Positions 8,775-18,183 of a stretch of DNA of 61,500 nucleotides are shown here, piece after piece (the first letter of the stretch is position 1; each line of letters starts with the position of its first letter). The notes beneath the pieces were generated by a model. That model saw only the letters and a list, made by a program, of their open reading frames with translations, did not search any database and had not been told where the DNA came from. The stretch is from positions 1 to 61,500 of the IMG/VR virus record IMGVR_UViG_3300047509_000139; one strand, written 5' to 3'. The stretch is from a virus. Taxonomy: Duplodnaviria > Caudoviricetes. The position numbers and the translations under genes are program-made.

Positions 8775-9170
8775 TCATTGGGTTTCTCCTCTGGCCATCT
8801 TTTGCAATCGACCGCATTCTGCCAGGACCTCGGTAACGCCGGATACCAACTCCGGATCAACCTTGCGACCGTATGCTTCTTCCCGTACTTCCATTGCCGA
8901 TAGCAGCAGAGCAAGGAGCGTTCCAGCCTTGCTCACAACCCCGTAGAGTTCAGGAGCCGCCGCGATCAACTGCGCGTTGTCGTCGTTAGGCAAGCCCTCG
9001 CCGTTGCAATCGCAGACGAAGGACGTACACCTCAGCCCTTCCGCGTTGATAAACTTGCGGACGACGTGAGCAGGGTACTCAAACGTTTCCACGGTACCGG
9101 GAGTAAACTCTATTGCGCCAGAGCCCGCCTTCCGCGCTTCCCATGGTCCGTCAGACCATCGATTGCTCAT
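8775..9170 (-). CDS. conserved phage protein (GPW...NAxLIAAAPEL type)
   Basis: GPW at N-terminus and NAQLIAAAPELY motif. Confidence 0.7.
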   Translation of the reverse strand: MSNRWSDGPWEARKAGSGAIEFTPGTVETFEYPAHVVRKFINAEGLRCTSFVCDCNGEGLPNDDNAQLIAAAPELYGVVSKAGTLLALLLSAMEVREEAYGRKVDPELVSGVTEVLAECGRLQKMARGETQ

Positions 9171-9460
9171 TCCGCACCGACCTTGTAGTACGTACAGTCC
9201 GGATACTCGGATTTAGGAGCCGGGAGGTCCTTGTCCTCCGGAAAAAAAGAGAGTACCTGATTGTTGAAGTCTTCCTCCGTCGCCGTTCCCAACACCATGA
9301 TCGGCCCGGCAAGAGGAGTCATATCGCACGCTATATTGTCGATCTCTTGCATGGGCTTTCCGACGGTCAACGGTTTCGAACTCCATACTACGAGGTAGCC
9401 CTGCACATCAATCACTAGTTGGGCAATCTGGCTTGCGTCTCTCATGTCGTACTGCTCCAC
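9167..9460 (-). CDS. hypothetical protein
   Basis: Overlap-coupled ORF. Confidence 0.55.
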   Translation of the reverse strand: MEQYDMRDASQIAQLVIDVQGYLVVWSSKPLTVGKPMQEIDNIACDMTPLAGPIMVLGTATEEDFNNQVLSFFPEDKDLPAPKSEYPDCTYYKVGAE

Positions 9461-9882
9461 TCGGGCGGGAGCGGCGGGAAGTCGAGTTCAAGCCAACAGG
9501 TAGCACTGGGCGTATTCTGCATGCTTCGGTTGCGCAGTTCCATAGCCTTACCGAAAGAAAATGGCCCCATCATTCCAGGGCTAACGCACCAGCACACCCG
9601 CGCCATCTGCTCGCGCCCCTGCCACCAGATATCGGCTGATTCGTTGCTAACACGGAGGCAGTTGAAGCCGCTACCAGCCGGAGCAATCTGGCCAATATTA
9701 AGCGCATAATCGGAATCGTACCCGATCAGGCCAATCTCCGGCACTTCCGGGCACTGGTCGCCGGAGGCTATGCCGGGATAGCGGCTGTTGCCGAGCTTGC
9801 CGCGCTCGACCGAGATGCAGATCGCGTTGTCGAAGAGGCTGCCAGCCGCCTGCGTAGTATCCGGAATTATCGCTGTTGCCAT
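9442..9882 (-). CDS. hypothetical protein, possibly a deletion fusion
   Basis: N-terminus resembles DUF3150-type starts (from memory); abrupt change after KLGNSR. Confidence 0.4.
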   Translation of the reverse strand: MATAIIPDTTQAAGSLFDNAICISVERGKLGNSRYPGIASGDQCPEVPEIGLIGYDSDYALNIGQIAPAGSGFNCLRVSNESADIWWQGREQMARVCWCVSPGMMGPFSFGKAMELRNRSMQNTPSATCWLELDFPPLPPEWSSTT

Positions 9883-9883
9883 C

Positions 9884-10192
9884 TCAGTACCCCATCTTTC
9901 GCTCTTCGTAGCAGTCCCGGCATTCGCCGCTCTTGTAGATCCGGTCGTAACGGTCGCCGTAGCGTGGCTTGTGACCGCAGACTACGCACTGCGTAGGAGC
10001 CCGCAGGCAGAGCGTGTAGCCGGCGCGGGAAGCGTTCTCGACAAGCCTTTTCGCTTCCGCTGCCTTCGCTTCCGAGACCATCCAGCACTTTTGGTCCTGG
10101 TTCCATTTTGCCCCGAGCGCCTTGAGAGCGTCTTTTACCGGGTACGTATTCCCTGTGATCGCTATTTGTTGGGTTGCCATCGTCGTCTCCAT
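9884..10192 (-). CDS. phage protein (GNTYPVKDxLKALG type), leaderless
   Basis: ITGNTYPVKDALKALGAKWN plus zinc-finger tail; ATG 7 nt after the -10. Confidence 0.75.
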   Translation of the reverse strand: METTMATQQIAITGNTYPVKDALKALGAKWNQDQKCWMVSEAKAAEAKRLVENASRAGYTLCLRAPTQCVVCGHKPRYGDRYDRIYKSGECRDCYEERKMGY

Positions 10193-10228
10193 GCTTTTGA
10201 ATATACCAGTATTCAAACAGGATGTCAA
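10190..10228 (-). promoter_or_regulatory. repeated promoter/operator copy 1
   Basis: TTGACA-17-TATATT with palindrome TTGAATA-N6-TATTCAA. Confidence 0.85.
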
Positions 10229-10332
10229 TGGTTATTTCGGCGCTGCCGCCCTCAATATCTCAGCGAACCACTCCTTAACCCGGCACCACCAGCATTCCAC
10301 CGTCTCTGGATCGAGGATAGTAGCGTCCGGAT

Positions 10333-10962
10333 TCATAGCGAGAATCCAGTTACTTGAACTAGTCCTTCCGCTCCGATGTTTACCTCGTACTGGAGCGGCG
10401 CGAAGTCAGCGAAGCTGTGCCGGTTGCTCAGTAACACCAACTGCTGATTGCTGCTCGACACGAAGTGAGCATCCGGACGCGAACCAGGCATGATGTCGGA
10501 CGCCGGCGAATTGCGGTCGTACCTTCCACAGACCGCCCAATCCAGTAGCGGGCTTAGTTGCGACTCCCACAGGGCTTTCTTGACTCCACGGTTTGCAAGC
10601 ACTCCGATGTCTTCCCGCAGGTCGTAGTCGCCGTGCTTCAGTTCTGTGATGTAGTAGCCGGAGAACATGCCGCACGACCATTCCGGACGCCGGAGTTTCA
10701 CAGCAAGCAGGAGTCGCCAAACGCTCTCCGCCTGGTGCATTGGTTCACCACCACTAATCGTCAGGCCGGTCGTTCCCGGAGCGGCACTATTAACTATCTG
10801 CTCGGCTAGATCGTAGGAGTCGATCTCTTCTCCAGCGTCAAAGGCGTGAGTTAGTGGATTCCAGCAGCCCTTGCAAGAAAGAGAGCAACCCTGCACCCAC
10901 GCGACTGAGCGGATGCCGGGACCGTTGACACAGGAGCCGTGAAGTACTGCGTGGAGTCTCAT
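10333..10962 (-). CDS. radical SAM protein, NrdG/activase-like
   Basis: NGPGIRSVAWVQGCSLSCKGCWN (CxxxCxxC), SGGEP, SSNQ. Confidence 0.9.
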   Translation of the reverse strand: MRLHAVLHGSCVNGPGIRSVAWVQGCSLSCKGCWNPLTHAFDAGEEIDSYDLAEQIVNSAAPGTTGLTISGGEPMHQAESVWRLLLAVKLRRPEWSCGMFSGYYITELKHGDYDLREDIGVLANRGVKKALWESQLSPLLDWAVCGRYDRNSPASDIMPGSRPDAHFVSSSNQQLVLLSNRHSFADFAPLQYEVNIGAEGLVQVTGFSL

Positions 10963-11198
10963 GCTATCGACTCCGGAATAGGAGCGTATCCTGCCATCCG
11001 CGTGTGTTGCCCTGACGGGACTATTTCTGTTTCCCATTTCCTCCGGTAGAACTCGCGATGGGTTTCTCTGCAATGCAACAGTACCGCTATATAGTCCCAG
11101 CACGGATAGATATGTTCACAGTGCGCGCATAATACCGAATTCCGGCCGTTGTGCGGCTTTCCATCCGGCCTCGGTTTTGTCCATCGCTGTTCACTCAC
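10959..11198 (-). CDS. hypothetical protein
   Basis: Overlap-coupled small ORF with CxxC. Confidence 0.5.
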   Translation of the reverse strand: MSEQRWTKPRPDGKPHNGRNSVLCAHCEHIYPCWDYIAVLLHCRETHREFYRRKWETEIVPSGQHTRMAGYAPIPESIA

Positions 11199-11386
11199 TG
11201 CCTACTCCTCTCCCGCGCCGCTTCCCGGTCAGGCTCTCCGTGCTCACGCTTCTTGCGATTCACAGATAGAGCTTCACCGTCCGTAAAGTCTTTCATAACC
11301 GCGTCGCAGCCTTCACCTCTGAAGTTCAAAAGGTCGATGTCCGTCGAACCGTCCGGCTGGACCGTAACCACGATCTGCTTGCTCAT
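11195..11386 (-). CDS. DUF2997-like small protein
   Basis: KQIVVTVQPDGST...NFRGEGC; adjacent to DUF1257-like gene. Confidence 0.7.
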   Translation of the reverse strand: MSKQIVVTVQPDGSTDIDLLNFRGEGCDAVMKDFTDGEALSVNRKKREHGEPDREAARERSRQ

Positions 11387-11805
11387 CCGCGCACCGAAAA
11401 AAGCAGCCTGACTGCTTTCCCCTTCTCCGTATCTACTTCCTCGCGACGGTCGAAGCGATACCCGCGCTGCCGCGCCGTTGCGATGGTCCGCTCCTCGGTA
11501 TATCGCTGCTTCAAGAGTCCCATCCAAGCGGTATCGAATTTTGCAGACTGGTCATATTCGCTTATGATCGCCCGAAACGGCTTGCCGACTCCGTCCCGCA
11601 CGAAGCCGATGTCGTTGCTTGAGCCGATCCCGGTGTTGTGCCGACGTATGATCACGTTAGCCTTCTCCGCCCTTGCGTCACCGAGGTAGCCGAAGAGGGT
11701 CTGAGGCGTAGCGTGCACTTCGCATTCGTAGCCCATCGCCTTGAGCGCGCAGACGAGGAAGTGTTCGTCTCGCAGCTCGGTCTCAAACTCGGCGTATCTC
11801 GACAT
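11383..11805 (-). CDS. DUF1257-like protein
   Basis: MSRY..TELRD..LVCALKAMG, SNDIGF, IISEYD. Confidence 0.75.
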   Translation of the reverse strand: MSRYAEFETELRDEHFLVCALKAMGYECEVHATPQTLFGYLGDARAEKANVIIRRHNTGIGSSNDIGFVRDGVGKPFRAIISEYDQSAKFDTAWMGLLKQRYTEERTIATARQRGYRFDRREEVDTEKGKAVRLLFSVRG

Positions 11806-11978
11806 TATTGCCTCCGCAATGAATTGAGAATCTTGATCATCCGCCGCTGCTCACCGGCTACAGCATCAGCCCGAGCGCAATCGAGATGACACCATCCGGG
11901 AGAATGCTTTGCGTCCGCTTCGTTCTGCGCCGCGCACCGCTCTAACTCCCGCACGATAGCCGCAAGCTTCTCAGCCAC

Positions 11979-12269
11979 TTATCGACGCTCTAGCAATAAC
12001 CCATGCTCGCGGGCTACCGTCACGATGATCTGAACAGCTGCGTGCAGTTGGTCTCCGCTATCGCTATGAGGTTCGATGTTCTGCTTGATTAGATTCAGCG
12101 CGGCGAAGAGACAGTCCCCATGGCTGACGATACCGTCATTGCTTACTACGTATTCGGCGTCCCTAATCCGTTCACTACACTTTGCGCAGCGGTAAAGGCT
12201 TACAGCGGCCGGATCGTTTTCCAGGTCTTGCTGAATCGCGCTCTTTTGTTGAACTTGCTTTCTGCTCAT
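11979..12269 (-). CDS. hypothetical zinc-binding protein, leaderless
   Basis: CAKC...HGDC; ATG 7 nt after the -10. Confidence 0.6.
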   Translation of the reverse strand: MSRKQVQQKSAIQQDLENDPAAVSLYRCAKCSERIRDAEYVVSNDGIVSHGDCLFAALNLIKQNIEPHSDSGDQLHAAVQIIVTVAREHGLLLERR

Positions 12270-12305
12270 GCTTTTGAATATACCAGTATTCAAGTTGGAT
12301 GTCAA
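12267..12305 (-). promoter_or_regulatory. repeated promoter/operator copy 2
   Basis: TTGACA-17-TATATT with the same palindrome. Confidence 0.85.
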
Positions 12306-12314
12306 CGTAAATCT

Positions 12315-12780
12315 TTAGTCTTCCACTCCTACCAGCACCGTCATCTCGTTTACCTGCCGCTGAAGTGCCTCGATTGGGTCTTCTCCAGGCTCGCAGCGGT
12401 AATCCTCCGACGCTTCAAGCATATCCAGCATCCACCGCATGAACTGCTCCAGCGACATGCGCGGCTCCTCCCCGCATCCGTGAATGCACGTCAAGGTAGC
12501 TACCCGGTGCCCGAATGCACGACAAATCAGTGGCCGGTCCTCGTAGATCGAGCAGCGGTTCTCGGCGTTCAGGAACTGGCACCGCTGGCCGTCCGGCCCA
12601 AGCGTAGGGAGGAACCATCAGATAGTACGCCTCTACCGGATGGACCGGAACGCGAGTGCAGGAGTCGTAGCACAAGCCCTTGCAGCCGGAGACCGCAGGA
12701 ACGCGCGCCTGGATCTCCTTCATCTTGTTGATTTCTATATTAGTTAGTTGCCGGTGCGGCTGGATTGCCATGAGCTTCAT
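12315..12780 (-). pseudogene. YkgJ-family Cys-cluster protein, frameshifted
   Basis: CKGLCYDSC in one frame and CQFL...CSIYEDRPLICRAFG in another; break near 12610-12620. Confidence 0.75.
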
Positions 12781-13206
12781 TTCAAGTCCTCAAGCCGCAT
12801 GCCAACAGGAACTGCATCAAAGATCGGATTGCCGCTGGAATCTTCCGCAGCTCTGCGGTAGTTTTCACACATGCAAGCATACCCGTAGTACGAGCATCTC
12901 TTGCCGGATTCCACTTCGCGCTGGTAGTGCTGAGACTTAGCATGCCCGCATTTGCATAGGGTTGTCATCGGTCTACCTGTTTCGTTATTTTCCTCAATCG
13001 TTTGCGCGGAAAACGTAGGTTTTTGTCCGGCAAGCGATCATAGTCATCTAAAGAAGGTTTTCGCCCGCTTGTGGCTTCCAGGTTCCTCTTCATACCATCC
13101 CACCATAGAAGCTTTGCCATCTATCCGTCTCCTTCCTAGGTATCTTCCCCTCTGCCACAAGCTCGCCGGACCAGCCAGCAGGCTCAGAACGCGCAGAAAC
13201 AGGGTT

Positions 13207-13521
13207 TTACGGAGCTTCCTCCAGGTAGTCGTTCGCCCAAGATGCCATGTCCCAGCCGGACGAGACATCCGTCATCTCGTAGACCTTCTTCCCGTCCGCG
13301 AACACCTGAAACTCAGGATCTCCGGGCTTGTGCTCGTCATCCCTCCAGATCGTTCGGGCGCATGCTTGCTCTCCCGGCTTGATGGGCCGGTTGCAGCCGT
13401 CGCATTCCCAGTGGCTTGCGTCGAGTTGGATCGGATCACCGTTGATCCGGATCACCCGCTGCTCCGGCTTGGGCTGCTTCGCGGTTCCCCACTGGATACG
13501 CTCGTACTCGGCAGGTTCCAT
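13207..13521 (-). CDS. hypothetical protein
   Basis: CDGC motif; co-directional. Confidence 0.5.
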   Translation of the reverse strand: MEPAEYERIQWGTAKQPKPEQRVIRINGDPIQLDASHWECDGCNRPIKPGEQACARTIWRDDEHKPGDPEFQVFADGKKVYEMTDVSSGWDMASWANDYLEEAP

Positions 13522-13603
13522 CCCCAGTAGCTTCGTAGATCACGCGCTGACCTTCGACCTTGCCGAATCCGCAATGCTGACAGAGGAAGTAACGCGCCGG
13601 CAT

Positions 13604-14104
13604 TTATTCTTCCTCTGCTCCGAGCGCCGCTTTCCATTCCGCGGCAACGGCGCGGCCGGCTTCGGTAATCTTGAGCACCTTGACGAACAGGGAATTGTGC
13701 TTTAGCCTTGCCTGGTCGAGATTCTGAAGAACTGCCAGAGCCGCAACCAGATCCGTCCCGTAGAGCTTCTCGCCAGGGTCATGAGCACGCGCAATCTCCC
13801 ATGCCGACGTGATCAGCCTGTTTTCTTCGCTGGCTATCGCCCGACGCTGCTCTTCATCGTCGATCTTCCACGTCTGGTGAATCCAGCTGCGAGATTTCAG
13901 GATGTCGAGCGTCTCCTGGCGGATGTTGTAGATATCGACCGTTCCATCCCAAAGCGGCCATACCACATCGCCAGTCTCCCGATCTCTTGTCGGGAAGCCG
14001 TACTTTCGCGCTGCTCTCCGCAGCACGTCCGCTTGCGCCGACGTGATATTGTGCTTCTTTAGCACGGTCTTGCTATCCGTTATCTTTTGCTCTTGAGCCG
14101 TCAT
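13604..14104 (-). CDS. hypothetical protein
   Basis: Start MTAQEQK overlaps the AAA stop, GGAGG upstream. Confidence 0.6.
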   Translation of the reverse strand: MTAQEQKITDSKTVLKKHNITSAQADVLRRAARKYGFPTRDRETGDVVWPLWDGTVDIYNIRQETLDILKSRSWIHQTWKIDDEEQRRAIASEENRLITSAWEIARAHDPGEKLYGTDLVAALAVLQNLDQARLKHNSLFVKVLKITEAGRAVAAEWKAALGAEEE

Positions 14105-15709
14105 TGTTGCTCCTCCACCCGGATCGTCCGGGCCTTCTTCGGTGCCGCCTTGTCTTCCGGTTCGTCCTGCCTTGCGAAGACGTACCGCCCCGGATGGCTC
14201 GCGCTGAGGTATCCGGCAGATTGCGCCGCCCTGCGAAGCTGCTCGATGCGCCGCGCGTCCGTATGAGCTACCGGAGTCAGGTACTCGGAAGCCTCGATCA
14301 GCGATATGCCAAATGACCAACTGGTCTCACATGCCTGCTTGATATCAGCAGCCGTCCAGCCCGCGTCGTTCGGCCGCTTCTGCTTCGGATTGATCTCGTA
14401 CCGCTTCAGGTAGATGTCCCAGATCGGTACCTTCTCCTCGTCACTTGGAAGGTCGAAGAAAAACGTGCCTTTGTTGAACCGCCGTTTCAGCGCAGGGCTG
14501 AGGTTGCCGGTAGAGTTGCACGAACCGATCCAGAATGCAGATCCCTGACTGATAGCCTTGATAACAGCAAACACCGAGTTAAGGTTCTCGTTGCTCGACC
14601 CGACCCACTTTTCCTGGATGCCGGCGAAGTCCAGAATGATCAGCGGTCGCCCAGCTTCACCTGCGAGGCTCTTGGCAAACTGTGTCTTCCCAGTGCCGGC
14701 CGGTCCGACCGCGATCATGCCGTCGTACTCGCGGTTCGCCATCGGAGTTATCCGCGCCGGCCACCGCTTTTTCCAATTCATCGATCAGGATGTACGTTCG
14801 ATACTGTTTTCGGCCGCCGATGATATTGCGCCCGAACTTCTTGGCCTGCTCAACTCCTCCCATTGCGGAGAAGCCGTCTTTACCGCGCCATACCGATAAG
14901 CCGCGCGTCCGCTCGATCTCTTCGACTTTGCGATTCCAGAGCGCTTCCGTATCCAGGGTTATTATCTTTCCGCCGCTATCCTTGACAAAGCTCATCGCTA
15001 CCGACTGCTCCGCCGGAAACGCTGCCAACCCGCAGACTGCGTCTACCGCAGCCGTCTTGGCTTCAGCGGACATCTCTACCGTTGCCGGAGCCCGCTTCGC
15101 TTTCTTCGCTGATTCTTTCTCTCCGAGGTCGGCCAGTTCCATGTTCTCGGTGACGATGTGCTCAAGCTCTTCGAGGCTCGGCAGTTCTTCGGCGAGCGGC
15201 AGCGCATCCCGCAGTTCCGTAGGCAGCGAGGCACTCTGAGTCGTTAGCAGCACCAGGATCTTGGCGTCTCGCTTGAACGAGTCACGGAGGTTGCAGATCG
15301 CCTGTACCACATGCGGCTTCTCCCACCATAGGTGAGCGTTCATGACCACGATAACGGAGCCGTCTTCGACCGCAGGAGTATCTACCGCCAGAAGCGCATC
15401 GACCAGATCAGCCGTAGCCTGGGCTAGTTCCTTCTTCGCGGCTTCCAGGTCGCCGGCGTTCTTTGGCACGGGCTCCGTCTTCCGGCCGAGAATGCCCTTC
15501 CAGCAGACTTCCAACCCTTGCTCGTTGCCCCACTGACAGCCGCGGACGGCATCCCATACCAGGACCGGAGGCGTTGAGCCGTTCGTTACGGCGGTCTTGA
15601 TCGCTTCCAAGGTCATTGCTTGGTCTGGCGTTTTTACATGCGCGATGGGGGTGCTGACTCTTCGCGCCGCGCGGAAGGATAGTTGGAATGGCGTCATGAT
15701 GCTCCCCAC
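14101..15709 (-). pseudogene. Ycf46-like AAA+ ATPase split by a frameshifting deletion
   Basis: N-part ends IDELEKAVAGADNSDG; Walker A GPAGTGKT and ALKRRF lie in another frame; junction near 14735-14745. Confidence 0.8.
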
Positions 15710-16182
15710 ACTACATCAGCCGTAGCGAGATTCCGGACCTGTTCTTCGGTTAGGTTGTGAAACTCTACCGTCCACTTCCCGATGCGTTCCGCTTCGCTTC
15801 CGTACTGCTCTTCGTGAACGTAGGTAGCATCACCGCCGAAGAGAGCGCCGAGTTCCGACCGCTTGCGTTCCGTCGCTTCCTTCTCCGCTTGCTTGCGCTC
15901 CGCTTCCTGCTTCTCACGCTGTTGCTTCTCGTCCCATGCCTTGCACTCTTGCGACGTAGCCCGGTCAAGGATCTGATCGGCAAACATGCCGGCCCCGATC
16001 TGAAAGCCTCCGTCAAGCTTAAAGCGGCACTCATAGGTAGGTGTAATCTTGACGACGGCCTGGGTACGGGTAACCTTGACTACCTCGCATATCTTTCCAG
16101 CCCATCTCCCGTATTGGCTGCGCCCGATCCATACGCGATCTCCGGCCTTGAGCGATGCTAGGATAACCGAATAGTCCGTCAT
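15694..16182 (-). CDS. hypothetical protein (SH3-like barrel plus coiled coil)
   Basis: LKAGDRVWI...VVKVTRTQ; overlap-coupled. Confidence 0.65.
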   Translation of the reverse strand: MTDYSVILASLKAGDRVWIGRSQYGRWAGKICEVVKVTRTQAVVKITPTYECRFKLDGGFQIGAGMFADQILDRATSQECKAWDEKQQREKQEAERKQAEKEATERKRSELGALFGGDATYVHEEQYGSEAERIGKWTVEFHNLTEEQVRNLATADVVWGAS

Positions 16183-16418
16183 TGCTTTGCTCCGATCTCC
16201 GGCAGCGGATTGGATACCACCGTATTAACCTTCTCCGACCACTGCTTCGCACAGTTGGTTGCGACGCTTGACCAACTCCCACTCCATAACGTCGTGAATC
16301 GCTTGGAGGAGTTCGCCGCCGTTGCCATCGGCATAATCTTCCGGCACTCCCGGACCTCGATCACGAAACGGGAGTTGTTCGAGGCGTTGCGGTGGACTGA
16401 GATTACGACGCCGTTCAT
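16179..16418 (-). CDS. hypothetical protein
   Basis: GGAGG upstream; overlap-coupled. Confidence 0.5.
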   Translation of the reverse strand: MNGVVISVHRNASNNSRFVIEVRECRKIMPMATAANSSKRFTTLWSGSWSSVATNCAKQWSEKVNTVVSNPLPEIGAKQ

Positions 16419-16442
16419 GCGGCACCTCCCGTACAGGCTAGT

Positions 16443-16838
16443 TCAGCACAACGACTCTTCCACTCCAGCCGCAGCCTGATCGCAGCATCTTGAGATTTGT
16501 CTACCGCCGCGCGATATCGCTCGGTCCATGTCGGCTTCTCGGCAACTACCGCTTCGCGAACGAGAAACCTTGTTTCCGTGCTTCCAGTAGTCGAGAGCAA
16601 CGCCTTCGTTCATCCCGATATCCTCGTGGGAGATTACAACTGCTGAACCGTCGAAACTAACGCCGATCATATAGAGCTTTGTAGCCTCATCACCCGGATA
16701 TAGGCGGATATTCCGCTGCCGCCAGTTGTTCTTGATGCAGCCGATCAGGCCGCGCGATTCAATCTGCTCAATCGAGAGCGCCGTGTTGTTATGAACGGTC
16801 TGCGTTACCGGTTTGCTCTTTGCTGTTGTGGTCTTCAT
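16443..16838 (-). CDS. hypothetical protein, leaderless
   Basis: ATG 6 nt after the -10 of the repeated promoter. Confidence 0.6.
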   Translation of the reverse strand: MKTTTAKSKPVTQTVHNNTALSIEQIESRGLIGCIKNNWRQRNIRLYPGDEATKLYMIGVSFDGSAVVISHEDIGMNEGVALDYWKHGNKVSRSRSGSCREADMDRAISRGGRQISRCCDQAAAGVEESLC

Positions 16839-16873
16839 GCTTTGAATATAGCAATGTTCAAAGTAGATGTCAA
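16836..16873 (-). promoter_or_regulatory. repeated promoter/operator copy 3
   Basis: TTGACA-17-TATATT; TTGAACA-N6-TATTCAA. Confidence 0.8.
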
Positions 16874-16899
16874 GAGAAAAGTGCGTCTATTTTTCGTGC

Positions 16900-17484
16900 T
16901 CAGATGTCGAACCGGTACGCGCGCTTTGGTTTGGGAGTCGGAGGCGGTTCAGGCTTAGCAACATTCTCGGTACGGTACCATACATGCGCCCACTCCCCTT
17001 GCTTCAGCGGAGGCTGCGACTTGTTGTGCCGAATCTGTCGGCCGCCGTCCCAGAAGAACGTGAACGTTCCGCCGATCCCTTCCGGCCCCCAGGACATCTC
17101 CTCGTCGGAGCCCATGCCCCAGCGCTTGATCGTGATCCGCTCGATAGACAATGCCGGGCCGGATAGCTCCCAGGTCCGCCGCTTCCCGTCGCCTTGCAAC
17201 GTATCGGAGACAGTTGCACCATTCGGAACGACGTTGATGCCGTACTTTTTCTCTACTTCTAGAACGACCTCGTTAACCTTTGTGAGTATCAACTTCGCTG
17301 GATCGACGCTGTTGAACAAGTCCTGTTCTTCCAGGTCACGCCGCGCCACCTGCTTGCCGTTCTGGTCCGATATCGCGATTACCGTCTTGTCGTCGATAGC
17401 GCTCCGATGAATCCACAAGCGGTATCCTCCGCCGAGGTCCTGGCCGTTGAAGTTGTTATTTCCTAATGCCGTAGTAAAAGCCAT
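16900..17484 (-). CDS. hypothetical protein ending KPKRAYRFDI
   Basis: TAATG overlap with the upstream small ORF. Confidence 0.65.
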   Translation of the reverse strand: MAFTTALGNNNFNGQDLGGGYRLWIHRSAIDDKTVIAISDQNGKQVARRDLEEQDLFNSVDPAKLILTKVNEVVLEVEKKYGINVVPNGATVSDTLQGDGKRRTWELSGPALSIERITIKRWGMGSDEEMSWGPEGIGGTFTFFWDGGRQIRHNKSQPPLKQGEWAHVWYRTENVAKPEPPPTPKPKRAYRFDI

Positions 17485-17603
17485 TACTCGTCCCACTTGT
17501 ATGCGCGCTTGGGCTTCTCTGCCACCGCATTAGCAACGACCGATTTACCTGCCGCATTCAGCCGCTTGAAGATCTTGGCGACCTTGACGACGAACTCGCT
17601 CAT
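17484..17603 (-). CDS. 39-aa ORF ending KPKRAYKWDE (absent from the ORF track)
   Basis: MSEFVVKVAKIFKRLNAAGKSVVANAVAEKPKRAYKWDE fills the gap and shares the C-terminal motif of both neighbours. Confidence 0.65.
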   Translation of the reverse strand: MSEFVVKVAKIFKRLNAAGKSVVANAVAEKPKRAYKWDE

Positions 17604-17607
17604 TTGT

Positions 17608-17997
17608 TCACTCTTCAAATCTATACGCCCGCTTGGGCTTGCTCTTGACGGCACTTTCTATCGGCTCTATCACGACCTCATCAACTCTTGGTACTTCTCC
17701 GGTCCCGTTGCAAACTGAACACGGTTCGAGATATTCCAAACCGGAGCTGAGTAGGTCTTTCATCCCAGATAGTACCTCTCCAGATCCGCCGCACGTACCA
17801 CACGGTATCAGCAAGTGCTCGGTACTCAGCCCGCGATGCTTCAACTCCGCGATCAGACTTTCTCTCAGCCACCACCATTTCGGATCTTTGAGTATTGCCG
17901 TCGTGGTCAGAAAGGATAGGTACGCGTCCGGTAGCAGTTTTATTCGCGCCCCGCGATGCTTGCCCCACGGCATCGTCGCTCTACCGTGCCTGAACAT
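17608..17997 (-). CDS. DUF3820-like domain plus DnaJ-type zinc finger
   Basis: MPWGKHRG...PDAYL; CGTCGGSG and CSVCNGTG. Confidence 0.7.
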   Translation of the reverse strand: MFRHGRATMPWGKHRGARIKLLPDAYLSFLTTTAILKDPKWWWLRESLIAELKHRGLSTEHLLIPCGTCGGSGEVLSGMKDLLSSGLEYLEPCSVCNGTGEVPRVDEVVIEPIESAVKSKPKRAYRFEE

Positions 17998-18183
17998 ATC
18001 ACTCCGCGTTCTCTTTCAGAATCGCCCGCTTCTCTTCTTCCCAGTCTTCGATGCCCAACGTTACGAGCCACGCTGGAGCCGTACCGTCTTTCACGCTCGG
18101 CAGGTTGCGGATTGCTTCGATCTCCCTGTCGCAGCGCGCCAGTTGTGATTCCATGTCCGGCTCGGCGCGCGGCAACTTCTCCA

